DNA of 43,022 nucleotides from an uncultured Candidatus Poseidoniales archaeon (GTDB taxonomy: Archaea > Thermoplasmatota > Poseidoniia > Poseidoniales > Thalassarchaeaceae): positions 1 to 43,022 of the forward strand of contig CAZXZO010000017.1 of the NCBI GenBank assembly GCA_964645485.1, in the 5' to 3' direction. Under the pieces are notes generated by a model that was not told the origin of the DNA, did not search any database, and worked only from the letters and a program-made list of their open reading frames with translations. Below are positions 8,392 to 19,010 of this stretch, piece after piece. Made by a program: the position numbers and the translations under genes. Within the stretch, counting starts at the first letter, position 1. Each line of letters begins with the position of its first letter.

Positions 8392-9525
8392 ATGGCGAGA
8401 AAGTCAATCAGCGTCGCTCATGATGATAAATTAGTGAAATTCCCAGAATTTTCAACTGATGATCCCTTAGTTTATGAATTGTTTAGTAATCTTTCTTCAG
8501 ATGATTATGAGGATTCATTCAATGCAATGTTACATATCGGGGCATTGGCCTTGATGGAGGACCGTATTGCACATTTAATTGATTCAGCAGAAAAGGAAAT
8601 CTATCCTCAGTTAGAGAGATTCAAATTGATGTTTGTGAGAGGTAAGGCCGAATTCACCCAAACAGCCCAAAAAAAGGGTGAGAAAGCAGAAGTAAATATT
8701 GTTGACTTACTCGATGAGTTCGCATCTTCAAATGGTTGGACTGATGAAATAGAACAGTCAGGTAAGATTAAAGGAAATTTAGATGGAAACAAGGTTGGAG
8801 ATGTTTTAGCAACAATTGAATTAACTCCTTCTGATGGCACCCCAACTGAACATACAGTAATCGGTATTGAGGTGAAGTTCGACAAGAGTATCAGTTTAGG
8901 CGATCCTACAAAATTGAATGTCGAAACAGGTGATTCGAAGGACAAAGGATTCAAAGCAAGTACCCAAAAAACCGCGTGGTCACAACTCTTAGAAACAAAA
9001 GCAAATCGAGATAGCCCTTTTTCAATAATGGTTTTCGATGCCAATCTATTATCACCAGATATGAGAAAAAATGTTGAGGATGTTGCTTATATTCCGGGAA
9101 TTCCTGGTTTCGTTGTAGTAATCAACTCCCAGACTGGAGACTATTCCAACTTAAAACTCGTTTACAAAATAGCAAGAGATATGGCAATCTATCACCATAT
9201 AGGGGAATTAGATGTTGAAACCCAAGTGATTGAACTCATAGTAAAACGATTATTACATTATCTTGGAGATGCAAAGAAAATATCAGACAAAATCCTAAAG
9301 CATACAAAAGCAACAGTGAAGATGAATTCTGAGATTCAAAATCTCCTGATTCATGCAGTTGAACACGCGGAATATTCAGAAGCATTTCTTGAGAGATATT
9401 TGAGTACGAAGAAATTGACTTCTGTAGATTTTGCTGAATTCTATTTTGCACACCCAGTTGCAGAGAAATTGAGAGAATCGAGCAAGTCAGAAAAAGAGTT
9501 CGCAAATAAATTGTTAAAAGATTGA
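8392..9525 (+). CDS. Hypothetical protein with a PD-(D/E)xK-like nuclease core (RmuC/DUF2130-like)
   Basis: KKGEKAEVNIVDLL...KVGDVLATI...IGIEVKFDK fits the E...D...ExK order, flanked by helical regions. AT-rich. Confidence 0.55.
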   Translation: MARKSISVAHDDKLVKFPEFSTDDPLVYELFSNLSSDDYEDSFNAMLHIGALALMEDRIAHLIDSAEKEIYPQLERFKLMFVRGKAEFTQTAQKKGEKAEVNIVDLLDEFASSNGWTDEIEQSGKIKGNLDGNKVGDVLATIELTPSDGTPTEHTVIGIEVKFDKSISLGDPTKLNVETGDSKDKGFKASTQKTAWSQLLETKANRDSPFSIMVFDANLLSPDMRKNVEDVAYIPGIPGFVVVINSQTGDYSNLKLVYKIARDMAIYHHIGELDVETQVIELIVKRLLHYLGDAKKISDKILKHTKATVKMNSEIQNLLIHAVEHAEYSEAFLERYLSTKKLTSVDFAEFYFAHPVAEKLRESSKSEKEFANKLLKD

Positions 9526-9659
9526 TTTTCATTTTCAAAATACATCATCAACCGACATAGCATTCCTGTGAAATCGCGAGGGTTCTCTAAAACCACTCAA
9601 GTCATTATGGGAAATTACAATGGGTGTTCAGTCCGTCAGCACACTTGCTAACCATTCAT

Positions 9660-10409
9660 TCATTCTTCTTCGCCCAGTGATTCCGTGTTTTCAACGGGTT
9701 GAAGGTCTAACATGAAACTGAATACTGTAAATACAATTCCTAGAACAAGCAAAAATTCCCACATGGCAGCATAGTTTAGCATTGGGTAGATTGAGGATGT
9801 GCAGAATTCCATCATATCATGGCTAGATGAGTTCCAAGTATCCCAATCAAAATCTTCAGTCCAAACGGTGGATTGCGCAGAAATCATTTGCCACAGCCCC
9901 ACAATTGCGAACAGAGATGGGACTAAACGCGCTGTGAGGATTTTGCGAAGAGAAGAACTATTCCAGTGAACACGAAGGGTCACAATATTTACTAAAACGC
10001 ACCAGTAAATTCCCTTGTAAAACACATCAAACGCATAACTCCCATGCATGAATCCATCGACATTCCAAGGTATCTGACCTACCATGTAACAAGAGTAGGC
10101 AGCAATCATTCCTGGAAAAATTGCACTGTGATTTAGTAAATGCCAGATTATTTTTGCATCTTTCTTTAGAAGTTCCTCTCGATTATGCATTTGGAGTTCA
10201 AACATTACCCAGATTACTGTAACAGCAGAAAGGAATGTACCAAGGCTGAATATGAAGTCTCCTGGTTGATAGAGGTCGAAGTCTGAGATAAACGGCATGA
10301 ATGCCTTGCATCCATTTGCAATCCAAGTCAAATAACATAAAACCAGCCATGTGAGAGTTACACCGGTAAAAATCTGTAGCGAAAGTCGCTTCCGCTGGCG
10401 TTGTTCCAT
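9660..10409 (-). CDS. Multi-pass membrane protein, Frag1/DRAM/Sfk1-like
   Basis: About 6 hydrophobic segments. MPFISD after TM1 and AAMWEFL near the C-terminus resemble the Frag1/DRAM pattern. Confidence 0.6.
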   Translation of the reverse strand: MEQRQRKRLSLQIFTGVTLTWLVLCYLTWIANGCKAFMPFISDFDLYQPGDFIFSLGTFLSAVTVIWVMFELQMHNREELLKKDAKIIWHLLNHSAIFPGMIAAYSCYMVGQIPWNVDGFMHGSYAFDVFYKGIYWCVLVNIVTLRVHWNSSSLRKILTARLVPSLFAIVGLWQMISAQSTVWTEDFDWDTWNSSSHDMMEFCTSSIYPMLNYAAMWEFLLVLGIVFTVFSFMLDLQPVENTESLGEEE

Positions 10410-10569
10410 ACCTCCCCGGAAAGCATTTGAGATATCAAACCATCATAACCAATTTTGAAGCACGTCCTGATAGTTAGTAAGTGACCAAGGAGTGAAGATA
10501 ATGAAAACCCATTATTGAAATCCAAAAGGATTCGTTGATACTATAGAGTATTGATTATTGGATTAAGAT

Positions 10570-11823
10570 ATGGCAGGCGCTGGTTCAACAACTGAACTGG
10601 TGATACTTTCTCTAGGTTTATCCGGTTTAATTGGAGGGAGTTTCCTTTGGTTTACATTTCGAGATAAGAATACCAATATTGTCAGTAGAATGAATTTGCT
10701 AATAATGTCATTATTATTCTTAATAAATTTTACAATTTTTGCCCTTTACACATTTAAGAATCTGTCTTCTTTTGAGGGGGCTGATGAAATCATTGACCCT
10801 ATGTTTCGGTACCTAAACATGGCCTCATTCTTGCAGTTTGGTTTACTTTTTTTGTTATTTCCTTCACCGATATTTACTGAACGAAAGCCAATTCTTATTG
10901 CAATGTGTTCTCTTCCTGTAATCTCATTTTCAATGATTTTGTTTGCAAGATTATTTTTTGAGCACTGGGAAACCACTGCTTTCCTTTTCCAGCAAGCACT
11001 GTTTTCCGGATTGTTTAGTTTGATTGCCATTCGGTGGTACATCCTTCACCGAACGAGCGATAGTTTGGTAAAACGAAACCACGCTATTGCCGCAGTTTTA
11101 CTCATGTTTGGGCTTGTGGGTGCAACATTGACAAGATGGCCAGTAATATTCAGTTTAGGTGGAGGTGATTTGTATACTGAAGGGTTTGGTGGATTCACCC
11201 TTCTTGCTTTCACAACATCAGCGCCTCTGTTTCTAGTTCACCACTCATTAGAGTTAATACCAATTCTTGGATTGTTTTTAGTTCTGATTACAGAAATAAT
11301 GGTGCCTAAGGAGAAACGAGATAAGGTGGTCCTATCACTCAGTTTATTCTTCTTCATTTTCGGTTTAGTGAATGTGATGGTGGTAAAATTCATTGATGTA
11401 AATGTCGATTTCCGCGTTCTTTGGCTCCATTTTGCCGCATCTGGGACTTTCGGCTTAATCCGTCCTGTTCTCTTTGTATATTTGGCTATCAAGTTTAATC
11501 TAGTAGATTTGAATCAAGAAGCAATTAGGAAAAAAGTCAGACTCATCGCGATACTTTTGACAACTGTTTGGGCATCAAGCCTTTTCGAGATTATCCAAGC
11601 ATTCCTACCAGTTCCCCAAATACTTTCAGCAGCGATTATTGGGGTTATCTTATCATTTGGAATAGGTTGGGAACAGAAAATTTTTGATGGTATTGCAACA
11701 ATCTCCGATGATGATTATTTGAGTGGGCCCAAAGATATTTTCGAAGAGTCAGATCTATTTAGGGTCGCAATGGCAACCGTTGTTTTTACATTATTATTGG
11801 TACTGTTTGGGTTGGTTCAATAA
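10570..11823 (+). CDS. Polytopic membrane protein of unknown function (~11-12 TM)
   Basis: 417-aa ORF that is hydrophobic throughout, with no recognised catalytic motif. Confidence 0.75.
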   Translation: MAGAGSTTELVILSLGLSGLIGGSFLWFTFRDKNTNIVSRMNLLIMSLLFLINFTIFALYTFKNLSSFEGADEIIDPMFRYLNMASFLQFGLLFLLFPSPIFTERKPILIAMCSLPVISFSMILFARLFFEHWETTAFLFQQALFSGLFSLIAIRWYILHRTSDSLVKRNHAIAAVLLMFGLVGATLTRWPVIFSLGGGDLYTEGFGGFTLLAFTTSAPLFLVHHSLELIPILGLFLVLITEIMVPKEKRDKVVLSLSLFFFIFGLVNVMVVKFIDVNVDFRVLWLHFAASGTFGLIRPVLFVYLAIKFNLVDLNQEAIRKKVRLIAILLTTVWASSLFEIIQAFLPVPQILSAAIIGVILSFGIGWEQKIFDGIATISDDDYLSGPKDIFEESDLFRVAMATVVFTLLLVLFGLVQ

Positions 11824-11827
11824 GGTG

Positions 11828-12493
11828 GTGAGAAAGTTGTATAATCCATTATTTAAATCCGAAGAGGAAAGCGGTGAAAGAAATCAATTTATTTTCTTCG
11901 GAATTCTTGTTGCAGTGATATTAATTGACTCAGCAATATTGGTTTTGGGTGATTATAGTATTGATATCAATGACCAATTAGATAACGCTGATGAATGGGA
12001 AATTAAATTCTCTAATTTGACATTAACCTCAAATTCAGAAGTTCTAATTTCAGATAATAATGAAGAGATTGTAACATTTGAGGTTCCTTCAAATTTCAGC
12101 GATGATGGGTGGATGGTCCAGGAAATTAGTATTGTCATAACTTACTCCGAAACATCATTTGGGGATGTTGATTGTGACACTGTGACTGCTGAGTTTGAAC
12201 ACGATGAGAAAACCGGAGTAAGTAGTGTTTCTGAGCAGACAAGTGGAGAATCTTCTGATTGTACAGAAATTCAAATGAACAAAGCATGGATGTATTTCAC
12301 AGACGGTGTATATCAAGACATATCAAAATCAGATGCCGAGAATATCTTAGCAATGGAAGAAGTAGGAATTGATGTCTTAGCATATATCAGAGTAAATACT
12401 GATAGTACAATTCCGAATAACGATGATGATGAAAATATTAGTGTTGATTTTACAATAACTCTGCAAAAGATTGAATCTATTACAAGAGTATAA
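11828..12493 (+). CDS. Acidic membrane-anchored hypothetical protein
   Basis: The track ORF 11723-12493 overlaps the upstream gene; GTG at 11828, just after its stop, is more likely. One N-terminal TM (FIFFGILVAVILIDSAILVLG), then a D/E-rich beta-type domain. Confidence 0.7.
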   Translation: MRKLYNPLFKSEEESGERNQFIFFGILVAVILIDSAILVLGDYSIDINDQLDNADEWEIKFSNLTLTSNSEVLISDNNEEIVTFEVPSNFSDDGWMVQEISIVITYSETSFGDVDCDTVTAEFEHDEKTGVSSVSEQTSGESSDCTEIQMNKAWMYFTDGVYQDISKSDAENILAMEEVGIDVLAYIRVNTDSTIPNNDDDENISVDFTITLQKIESITRV

Positions 12494-12549
12494 TGTTAGT
12501 CAATTAAGTCAGTGCAATGGTTACCTAGTGCTTGTTCTATAGAGATGGT

Positions 12550-12876
12550 TTAGAATATACCCATATCCATCAATGCATCTTCACTAGCATGGATTTTTGG
12601 GTCCCAACGTGGACTCCAAACCAGATTGACATGCACCGTCTCAACATCTTCTGTTGATAATGCAGCCCGATGGACTGAGGCCATGATTTCTGGCGCCATC
12701 GGGCATCCAGGTGAAGTCAATGTGAGGTCAATTTCAGCATGAACATCGCCATCTTTTTCTGCCAAACGAACATCATAAACTAGCCCTAATTCAACAAGAC
12801 TGATTTCCAATTCAGGGTCTTCAACAGGGTGAATCGCTTCCAATACAGATTCCTTAGTTGCTGCCATTTCTATCAC
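12550..12876 (-). CDS. sufT: SufT/DUF59 (MIP18-like) Fe-S maturation protein
   Basis: VEDPELEISLVELGLVYDV, LTLTSPGCPMA, LVWSPRWDP. Last gene of the suf operon; the start may be ATG 12867. Confidence 0.9.
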   Translation of the reverse strand: MIEMAATKESVLEAIHPVEDPELEISLVELGLVYDVRLAEKDGDVHAEIDLTLTSPGCPMAPEIMASVHRAALSTEDVETVHVNLVWSPRWDPKIHASEDALMDMGIF

Positions 12877-13727
12877 TCCATCAACTGACGCGCTTCTTTG
12901 CGCACTTTAGTGAACATATTGAGGAATCCATTGGCCCGATTTGGGGTGAGGGTGTCTGAGAATCCAAGTTCCCTTGCGAAGGTCGCTGGGAAATCTGCTA
13001 CTTCTTCAGCGGATAACCCATTGATTGCTCTCTGAGTAATCGCCATCAATCCCTGAACAATTTGGGCATCTGCACCCCCCAGCATTCTGAAACCAGTTTC
13101 TTCGTCCATCGAACAGGTCACATGTGCTTCGGATTGGCAACCGTGAACTTTGTTGTCCTCATTCCACTCTTCAGGTGGTAATAACTCGCATTCACTTGCC
13201 CAGTCATAGAGCACTTCGTATCTCTCCATAGGGTCATCAATTTCTGAGAATTCATCAATTATTTCTTGTAGGGATGCCGGCCAATTCCCTGCGCCAAACC
13301 CAGCAACTTCGCCATCCCCAACTACCTTTGGGGTAGTTCGATTTGGTACTTCATCAATGATTTTCTCGACTCTTGAACCAACATCTTCCGCTAAATCATT
13401 GACAACGGGGTCATCAAACATTGCTAACATTTCGCGAGGTTCCATTGCCGAAACGATGACATCATCTCCTTCAACATGAATCGCAACATTGCAAGGCAAT
13501 AATACTCCAAGTTCTGGCCTTGCTTCCAAACCACGCGCTGCATGCTCAGGCATGCAAGCGCCAAGAATCAGATATGGCCGATACACTTCACCAAGAGATT
13601 GCATGACATTTCCAGCAACATCAATTTCACTAATTATACCAAATCCAGCCTCTGAAATCATTTCTCGCAAGATTTCAACGGTATCCTCAAAATTTGAATT
13701 GCTCTTAGCATGCCTCTCAAACTGCAT
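12873..13727 (-). CDS. sufE: DUF302-SufE fusion protein
   Basis: N-half has the DUF302 pattern (GFGIISEIDV, YLILGAC, GVLLPCNVAI). C-half is SufE-like (ERYEVLYDWA, KVHGCQSEAHV with the acceptor Cys, ADAQIVQGL, LTPNRANGF). Confidence 0.88.
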   Translation of the reverse strand: MQFERHAKSNSNFEDTVEILREMISEAGFGIISEIDVAGNVMQSLGEVYRPYLILGACMPEHAARGLEARPELGVLLPCNVAIHVEGDDVIVSAMEPREMLAMFDDPVVNDLAEDVGSRVEKIIDEVPNRTTPKVVGDGEVAGFGAGNWPASLQEIIDEFSEIDDPMERYEVLYDWASECELLPPEEWNEDNKVHGCQSEAHVTCSMDEETGFRMLGGADAQIVQGLMAITQRAINGLSAEEVADFPATFARELGFSDTLTPNRANGFLNMFTKVRKEARQLME

Positions 13728-13731
13728 ATTC

Positions 13732-15042
13732 TCACCTAGCCAGTCTCCCGACTACCCTTTCAAGGTGTGCAATGAAAGCATCTGCCTCTTCCCTAGTATT
13801 GTAAAGGTAAAATGATGCTCGGTTAGTTGCTGTAATACCCAATTTTCGCATTAGTGGTTGTGCGCAATGGTGCCCGGTACGAACGGCAAAACCCCCGAGG
13901 TCAAGGAAATGTGCTAAGTCCTCTGCGTGGATGGTTTCGTGTAGGAAAGACACTACTCCCGAACACGTTGGGTCGGAATGGTCACCGTAAACCTTGATTC
14001 CTGGGATTTTGGAAATTGCATCAGCAGTGTGTGCTGCTAAGTCGTGAATGTGTTTGTGTACTTCATGCATGTCAAATTGTGATAGATAATTTATCGCTGC
14101 ACCCCAGCCGATTGCTTCGGCGATTTTTGGGGTGCCAGCCTCAAACCGGTACGGGCCGGTTTGGAATGTGGAATGGTCAAGAAATACTTCCTCAATCATG
14201 TCTCCACCTGCCATGAAAGGTTGCATTTCATCTAGCATTTCTGGCTTGACAATTAAACTGCCAATTCCTGTTGGGCCACACATTTTGTGGCCGCTAACTG
14301 CAACAAAATCAGCATTTAATTCTGTGAGATTTAATTGCTCGTGTGGCGAAGCCTGGGCGCAATCAATGAGGACTCTCGCCCCCTTACCGTGATTTCCGCG
14401 GGTATGTGCCATTTCGATGATGTCTTCAACTGGATTTCTAGTTCCTAGCACATTGCTGGTGTGGACACAGCCGACAAAACTTGCTTCTTCGATAGAAGCC
14501 TCAAATTCATCCATGTTTAGTCGGTAAGTTTCAGGATCAACTGAGACGAAGCGAATTTCGATTCCTCTCTCTTTGGCAATTAGTTGCCAAGGAACGATGT
14601 CAGCATGGTGTTCCATTTCTGTAACTAATACAACATCGCCTTTCTTGAGATTCGCCCTGCCCCAACCATGTACTACCAAATTTATTGCTTCTGTAGTACC
14701 ACTTGTGAAAATCACTTGTTCTCTATCAACATAGAACCAGTCTGCAATATCTTGGCGAGCCTTCTCGTAGGAAGCAGTTGCCTCCCCAGCGAGCGTGTGG
14801 ACCGCTCGGTGGACGTTACTGTTGTTTTTCTCATAGTAATCCGTCATTGCTTGAATTACAGTTTTCGGCTTTTGAGTAGTGGCCGCATTATCCAAGTAAA
14901 CTAACTGGCGACCTGAAGGAAGCACTCGCGAAAGAATCGGGAAGTCTGCCCGAATTGAAGGTAGATTCAGTGACATCTTCCATCCTCTGTGGAGTCCGCC
15001 ATCCGACATCCCATTATCAAACCATGTTTTGTTAGAACTCAC
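13732..15042 (-). CDS. sufS: SufS-type (group II) cysteine desulfurase
   Basis: YLDNAATTQKP, NSNVHR, SGHKMCGPTGIG (PLP lysine), FEAGTP, VRTGHHCAQPL (catalytic Cys). Confidence 0.97.
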   Translation of the reverse strand: MSSNKTWFDNGMSDGGLHRGWKMSLNLPSIRADFPILSRVLPSGRQLVYLDNAATTQKPKTVIQAMTDYYEKNNSNVHRAVHTLAGEATASYEKARQDIADWFYVDREQVIFTSGTTEAINLVVHGWGRANLKKGDVVLVTEMEHHADIVPWQLIAKERGIEIRFVSVDPETYRLNMDEFEASIEEASFVGCVHTSNVLGTRNPVEDIIEMAHTRGNHGKGARVLIDCAQASPHEQLNLTELNADFVAVSGHKMCGPTGIGSLIVKPEMLDEMQPFMAGGDMIEEVFLDHSTFQTGPYRFEAGTPKIAEAIGWGAAINYLSQFDMHEVHKHIHDLAAHTADAISKIPGIKVYGDHSDPTCSGVVSFLHETIHAEDLAHFLDLGGFAVRTGHHCAQPLMRKLGITATNRASFYLYNTREEADAFIAHLERVVGRLAR

Positions 15043-15057
15043 ACCTACGGTGTGTTT

Positions 15058-16161
15058 TCACTCTAAAGAAGAAAGCCCACCAGAAATTAACTCGTCAAGC
15101 CATGAATGGATTTGTTCTGAACCCATTTCATTTAGAGTTGAATTAAGAAATGCTGTAATTAGCAGTCCACGTGCTCCGTTGTCTGAGAATCCGCGTGTTT
15201 TCAAGTAGAACATTTGCTCGTCATCTACTGGGCCACTTGCTGTTCCATGGCCACATCCAACTACTTCATTCTCGAACACCTCTAATTCTGGGATGGAGTC
15301 AGCCTCGGCATCTTTTGAGAGTAATAGATTATTGAAAACTTGAGCGGCATCTGAACCTTTGGCACCTTTAGCGATTTTTAGCATTCCAGTTCCAACAGTG
15401 CGGCTTTTCCCTCCACAGGTTGAATGCCAGTTCAAGCGACTGTAAGTTTCGGACTCTTCGTGCATGATTTCGACATGGTGGTCATTATGCTGTTTTCCGG
15501 CTGAAAGTATTGAACCGTTGACCTGAAGATTTGCGCCTCGCCCGGCTAGGAAATACCTCAAATCACCTTTAGTTTGAGTGCCACCAGAACCAACCGTTCC
15601 GAGTTTTACTTGAGCATCCTGGTGTAAGGTAAATTGCTCGATTCGAAGTAGTTTGCTCGACCCAAGTCGGTTTACCACTACATCGTTGAATATTGCAGAT
15701 TTGTCAATCGTGCCACACCTCATCAGTCCAAACCAATCTGCGCCACTCTCGATTAGAGTGAGTAATTCAGTTTGCGAATTTGCACCGACTGCAACTTCAA
15801 TTTGTATTCCACTTACACTACCTGCGCTTTCAAGTGTAAGTAGCAGAGGTTGCTCAATGGCGATGCCGTCATCAATTGTGATTTTTATTGAGCTCTCATC
15901 TGAAAGTGCTCGGATGAAAGCACCTCCAACATCTGAGTCAATATTCCTTGATAGATTACTTTCATTTGCAGAAATAGAAACTCCCGTTGGTAATTCACTG
16001 CCATCCAACATTGTTAGAGATACTAAAGCCGGAGAGACATCATCAGGGATTTCCTCCGGCTTACCTGTCGGGTGAATTCGGTGCCAAGGCGTGTAGCGCC
16101 ACAAATGCTGGGCCCGATCAGGTGCAGGAATAGCAAGATATTCTCCTTCACTTGACATCAA
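15058..16161 (-). CDS. sufD: Fe-S assembly protein SufD
   Basis: Beta-helix-type repeats, QVFNNLLLSKDAEADSIPELEV, GCGHGTASG, MFYLKTRG. Lies between sufB and sufS. Confidence 0.9.
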   Translation of the reverse strand: MMSSEGEYLAIPAPDRAQHLWRYTPWHRIHPTGKPEEIPDDVSPALVSLTMLDGSELPTGVSISANESNLSRNIDSDVGGAFIRALSDESSIKITIDDGIAIEQPLLLTLESAGSVSGIQIEVAVGANSQTELLTLIESGADWFGLMRCGTIDKSAIFNDVVVNRLGSSKLLRIEQFTLHQDAQVKLGTVGSGGTQTKGDLRYFLAGRGANLQVNGSILSAGKQHNDHHVEIMHEESETYSRLNWHSTCGGKSRTVGTGMLKIAKGAKGSDAAQVFNNLLLSKDAEADSIPELEVFENEVVGCGHGTASGPVDDEQMFYLKTRGFSDNGARGLLITAFLNSTLNEMGSEQIHSWLDELISGGLSSLE

Positions 16162-16200
16162 ATCACCTTCACACAGTCTAAATCGAATTTAAAATCGGTT

Positions 16201-17610
16201 TCACCCGATGCTGCCTTCCATTTCCAGTGCCATCAGTTTGTTGAGTTCTACAGCATATTCCATCGGCAACTCGCGGGTAAATGGCTCGAAGAATCCATTG
16301 ACAATTAGCGCCAATGCTTCATCTTCGGTGTGGCCTCGAGCCATAAGGTAGAACAATTGGTCATCACTAACTTTACTGACACTAGCCTCGTGTTCACTAC
16401 GGCAGGTTGGATTGGAAATTTCCATAGTTGGGTAAGTGTCAGATTGGCTGTCTTCATCAAGTATTAAGGCATCACAGACAACATTTACTTTGCAATTTTC
16501 TGCTTTCTTAGCGACAGTAACCATTCCTCTATAACTGCCTCTACCACCATCTTTGGAGATACTCTTTGAGAGAATTTTACTTGTTGTGTTACTCGCTAGA
16601 TGATGCACTTTTGCTCCAGCGTCTTGGTGCTGTCCCTCACCAGCGTAAGCGACTGAAATAACCTCAGCGTGTGCTCCTTCGCCCTTTAGAATCACAGCGG
16701 GATATTTCATCGTAAGTTTTGAGCCGATGTTACCATCTACCCATTCAACGGTGGCATTTTTGTTAGCGATTGCTCGCTTGGTTACTAGGTTGTAGACATT
16801 GTTTGACCAATTTTGAACGGTAGAGTATCTGATGTGAGCATCTTTGTGAGCAATCAGTTCAACTACTGCACTGTGCAGGCTTTCTGTGGAGTAAGTTGGC
16901 GCAGTACACCCCTCTACATAATGGATGGAAGAACCTTCGTCAGCGATAATCAGTGTTCGCTCAAATTGCCCCATGTTCTTCGCATTGATTCGGAAATATG
17001 CCTGTACTGGCATCTCAACTTTGACGCCCTTGGGGACATAGATGAATGACCCACCTGACCATACAGCGGTGTTTAATGCTGAGAATTTGTTATCTTGATA
17101 TGGAACTACTTTGCAAAAATATTCTTTGACAATATCTTCGTGTTCACGCAATCCTGAATCCATGTCAAGGAAGATTACACCTTGTGCCTCTAGGTCTTCT
17201 CTGATTGAATGATAGACAGCCTCACTTTCATATTGTGCTGTAACTCCTCCAAGCCACTTTTGCTCAGCATCTGGAATTCCAAGGCGGTCAAATGTTCGCT
17301 TGATGTCTTCGGGAACATCGTCCCAATCGTTCTCTGTTTTATTTCCGGAGCGTAAAAAGTAAGTTATCGCCTCAAAATCAATGTTGTTTAAAATCTCAAG
17401 ATTACCCCAACTTGGCATTGGTTGTTTCATGAAATGATGGAATGCTTTGACACGGATTTCAGTCATCCACTCTGGCTCATTTTTCAATTCAGAGATGTCT
17501 CGCACAACTTGTTCTGACAAGCCAGCATCAAATCGAACAGTTGAGGTTTCAGGGTCATGCCAACCTGCTTCGTATTCCCCAACCACATCACGTGCTTCGG
17601 AGTCACTCAT
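16201..17610 (-). CDS. sufB: Fe-S assembly scaffold SufB
   Basis: [49 protein letters not shown] 17610 overlaps the sufC stop (ATGA); the track start is 17637. Confidence 0.97.
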   Translation of the reverse strand: MSDSEARDVVGEYEAGWHDPETSTVRFDAGLSEQVVRDISELKNEPEWMTEIRVKAFHHFMKQPMPSWGNLEILNNIDFEAITYFLRSGNKTENDWDDVPEDIKRTFDRLGIPDAEQKWLGGVTAQYESEAVYHSIREDLEAQGVIFLDMDSGLREHEDIVKEYFCKVVPYQDNKFSALNTAVWSGGSFIYVPKGVKVEMPVQAYFRINAKNMGQFERTLIIADEGSSIHYVEGCTAPTYSTESLHSAVVELIAHKDAHIRYSTVQNWSNNVYNLVTKRAIANKNATVEWVDGNIGSKLTMKYPAVILKGEGAHAEVISVAYAGEGQHQDAGAKVHHLASNTTSKILSKSISKDGGRGSYRGMVTVAKKAENCKVNVVCDALILDEDSQSDTYPTMEISNPTCRSEHEASVSKVSDDQLFYLMARGHTEDEALALIVNGFFEPFTRELPMEYAVELNKLMALEMEGSIG

Positions 17611-18365
17611 GCTGCCACTTCCTTCTGTTCGAGCCATTCATAGCCCTTTTCTTCTAATTTCAAAGCCAATTCTGGGCCACCTGAAGACACAATCTTGCCA
17701 TCAACAATTACATGGACAAAAGTTGGATTGACATGGTCAAGGATTCTTTGGTAGTGAGTAATTATCAGGCAGGCTGCATCTCCAACAGAGGCATTAATTC
17801 CTGTTGCAACAGTTCGTAATGCATCAATGTCAAGTCCAGAATCGGTTTCATCAAGTACAGCCAACTGCGGCTTTAGAAGCATTAACTGCAAAATCTCAAG
17901 CCGTTTCTTCTCGCCACCGCTAAATCCATCATTTACATAGCGGCCAAGGAATTTTCTGTCAACACCTAACAAGTCCATACAGGTTTTCAATTCCTTCCGG
18001 AATTCACGGGCTTTCGGTGCATTGTCACCCCGAATTGCGGCAACAGACTTTCGCAAAAAATTTCCAACTTGAAGGCCAGGAACTGATTGGGGGTACTGGA
18101 ATGACAAGAACACGCCAAGGCGCGCTCTCTCCCATGGTTCTAGGGAAAGGATGTCTTCGCCATCAATAGTTACGGTCCCAGCGGTCACCTCATATTCTGG
18201 GTGCCCCATCAAGACCTTTGCTAGAGTTGATTTACCACTTCCATTTCTCCCCATTAGGGCGTGAATTTCGCCCTTTTTCATGGATAAGTCGATCCCGTTT
18301 AGGATAACCTCATCACCAATAGAAACGTGTAGATTTCGAATCTCAATCACGCCTTCCCCTCTCAT
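17607..18365 (-). CDS. sufC: Fe-S assembly ATPase SufC
   Basis: Walker [46 protein letters not shown]. Confidence 0.97.
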   Translation of the reverse strand: MRGEGVIEIRNLHVSIGDEVILNGIDLSMKKGEIHALMGRNGSGKSTLAKVLMGHPEYEVTAGTVTIDGEDILSLEPWERARLGVFLSFQYPQSVPGLQVGNFLRKSVAAIRGDNAPKAREFRKELKTCMDLLGVDRKFLGRYVNDGFSGGEKKRLEILQLMLLKPQLAVLDETDSGLDIDALRTVATGINASVGDAACLIITHYQRILDHVNPTFVHVIVDGKIVSSGGPELALKLEEKGYEWLEQKEVAA

Positions 18366-18536
18366 CTCAATTCCTCCACAATTATCGTGGTTTGGTCGGC
18401 CTTTATGAAGGCGTGTTCACATCTTTCATGCGACAACTTGAATTGATATTTCATTAACAATTACGTAGAGCCTGTTTCGATAGTATATTCTAACGCAGGC
18501 AATGAGTCAAAGAGGTCGGCCTCGTACGGCCAAATA

Positions 18537-19010
18537 ATGGCTGAGGACGACCTCATGGATTCCTATGCCGCCGAAGTCGCTGCGAGCATGGCTGCAGAGG
18601 CAAAAGCGCGCATAGCAGAAGTCGTTAATCCAGATGATGAAGAACGATTTGCATCTCTCTCTCTTCTTGAGTTAGTGTCTTCAGGTGATGGTCCGGATTT
18701 GGTAGGTGCCATTATGGTCAGACTTGGTGAGGTTAGAGCGGCATTAGTTGGCCACGGTGGTGCAATAGTGGTTGACAACAGTAAGGTGATAACTGGCCAA
18801 AATGGCTCTCAGTCTCTAGAATTACAGTTGAATTTAGATGGTGCCTGTATTGCTTGTGGTGCGGCACCGGGGACTTTGCAAGGAATCCAAAATGATTTAC
18901 TGATGGATAAAGAAATCTCTGTAGTGACATTCAGTGCAACAATGCTGGAGCATTTTGATGATTTGACTTCGGAATTTTTGCAATTACATGCGAATGTGAA
19001 ATTTGTTTGA
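18537..19010 (+). CDS. NfuA/NifU-C-like Fe-S carrier
   Basis: VRAALVGHGGAIVV...LNLDGACIACG matches the NifU C-terminal domain (HGG...GACxxC). Divergent from sufC. Confidence 0.75.
   Translation: MAEDDLMDSYAAEVAASMAAEAKARIAEVVNPDDEERFASLSLLELVSSGDGPDLVGAIMVRLGEVRAALVGHGGAIVVDNSKVITGQNGSQSLELQLNLDGACIACGAAPGTLQGIQNDLLMDKEISVVTFSATMLEHFDDLTSEFLQLHANVKFV

Noticed and set aside
9625-9634. tgttcagtcc downstream of the RmuC-like gene, matching the end of the TCAGTCC loop
   Set aside because: Only a 10-nt match, with no 20-nt loop consensus, no closing 9-10-bp stem and no tRNA. Compatible with chance, though worth rechecking with a covariance model.
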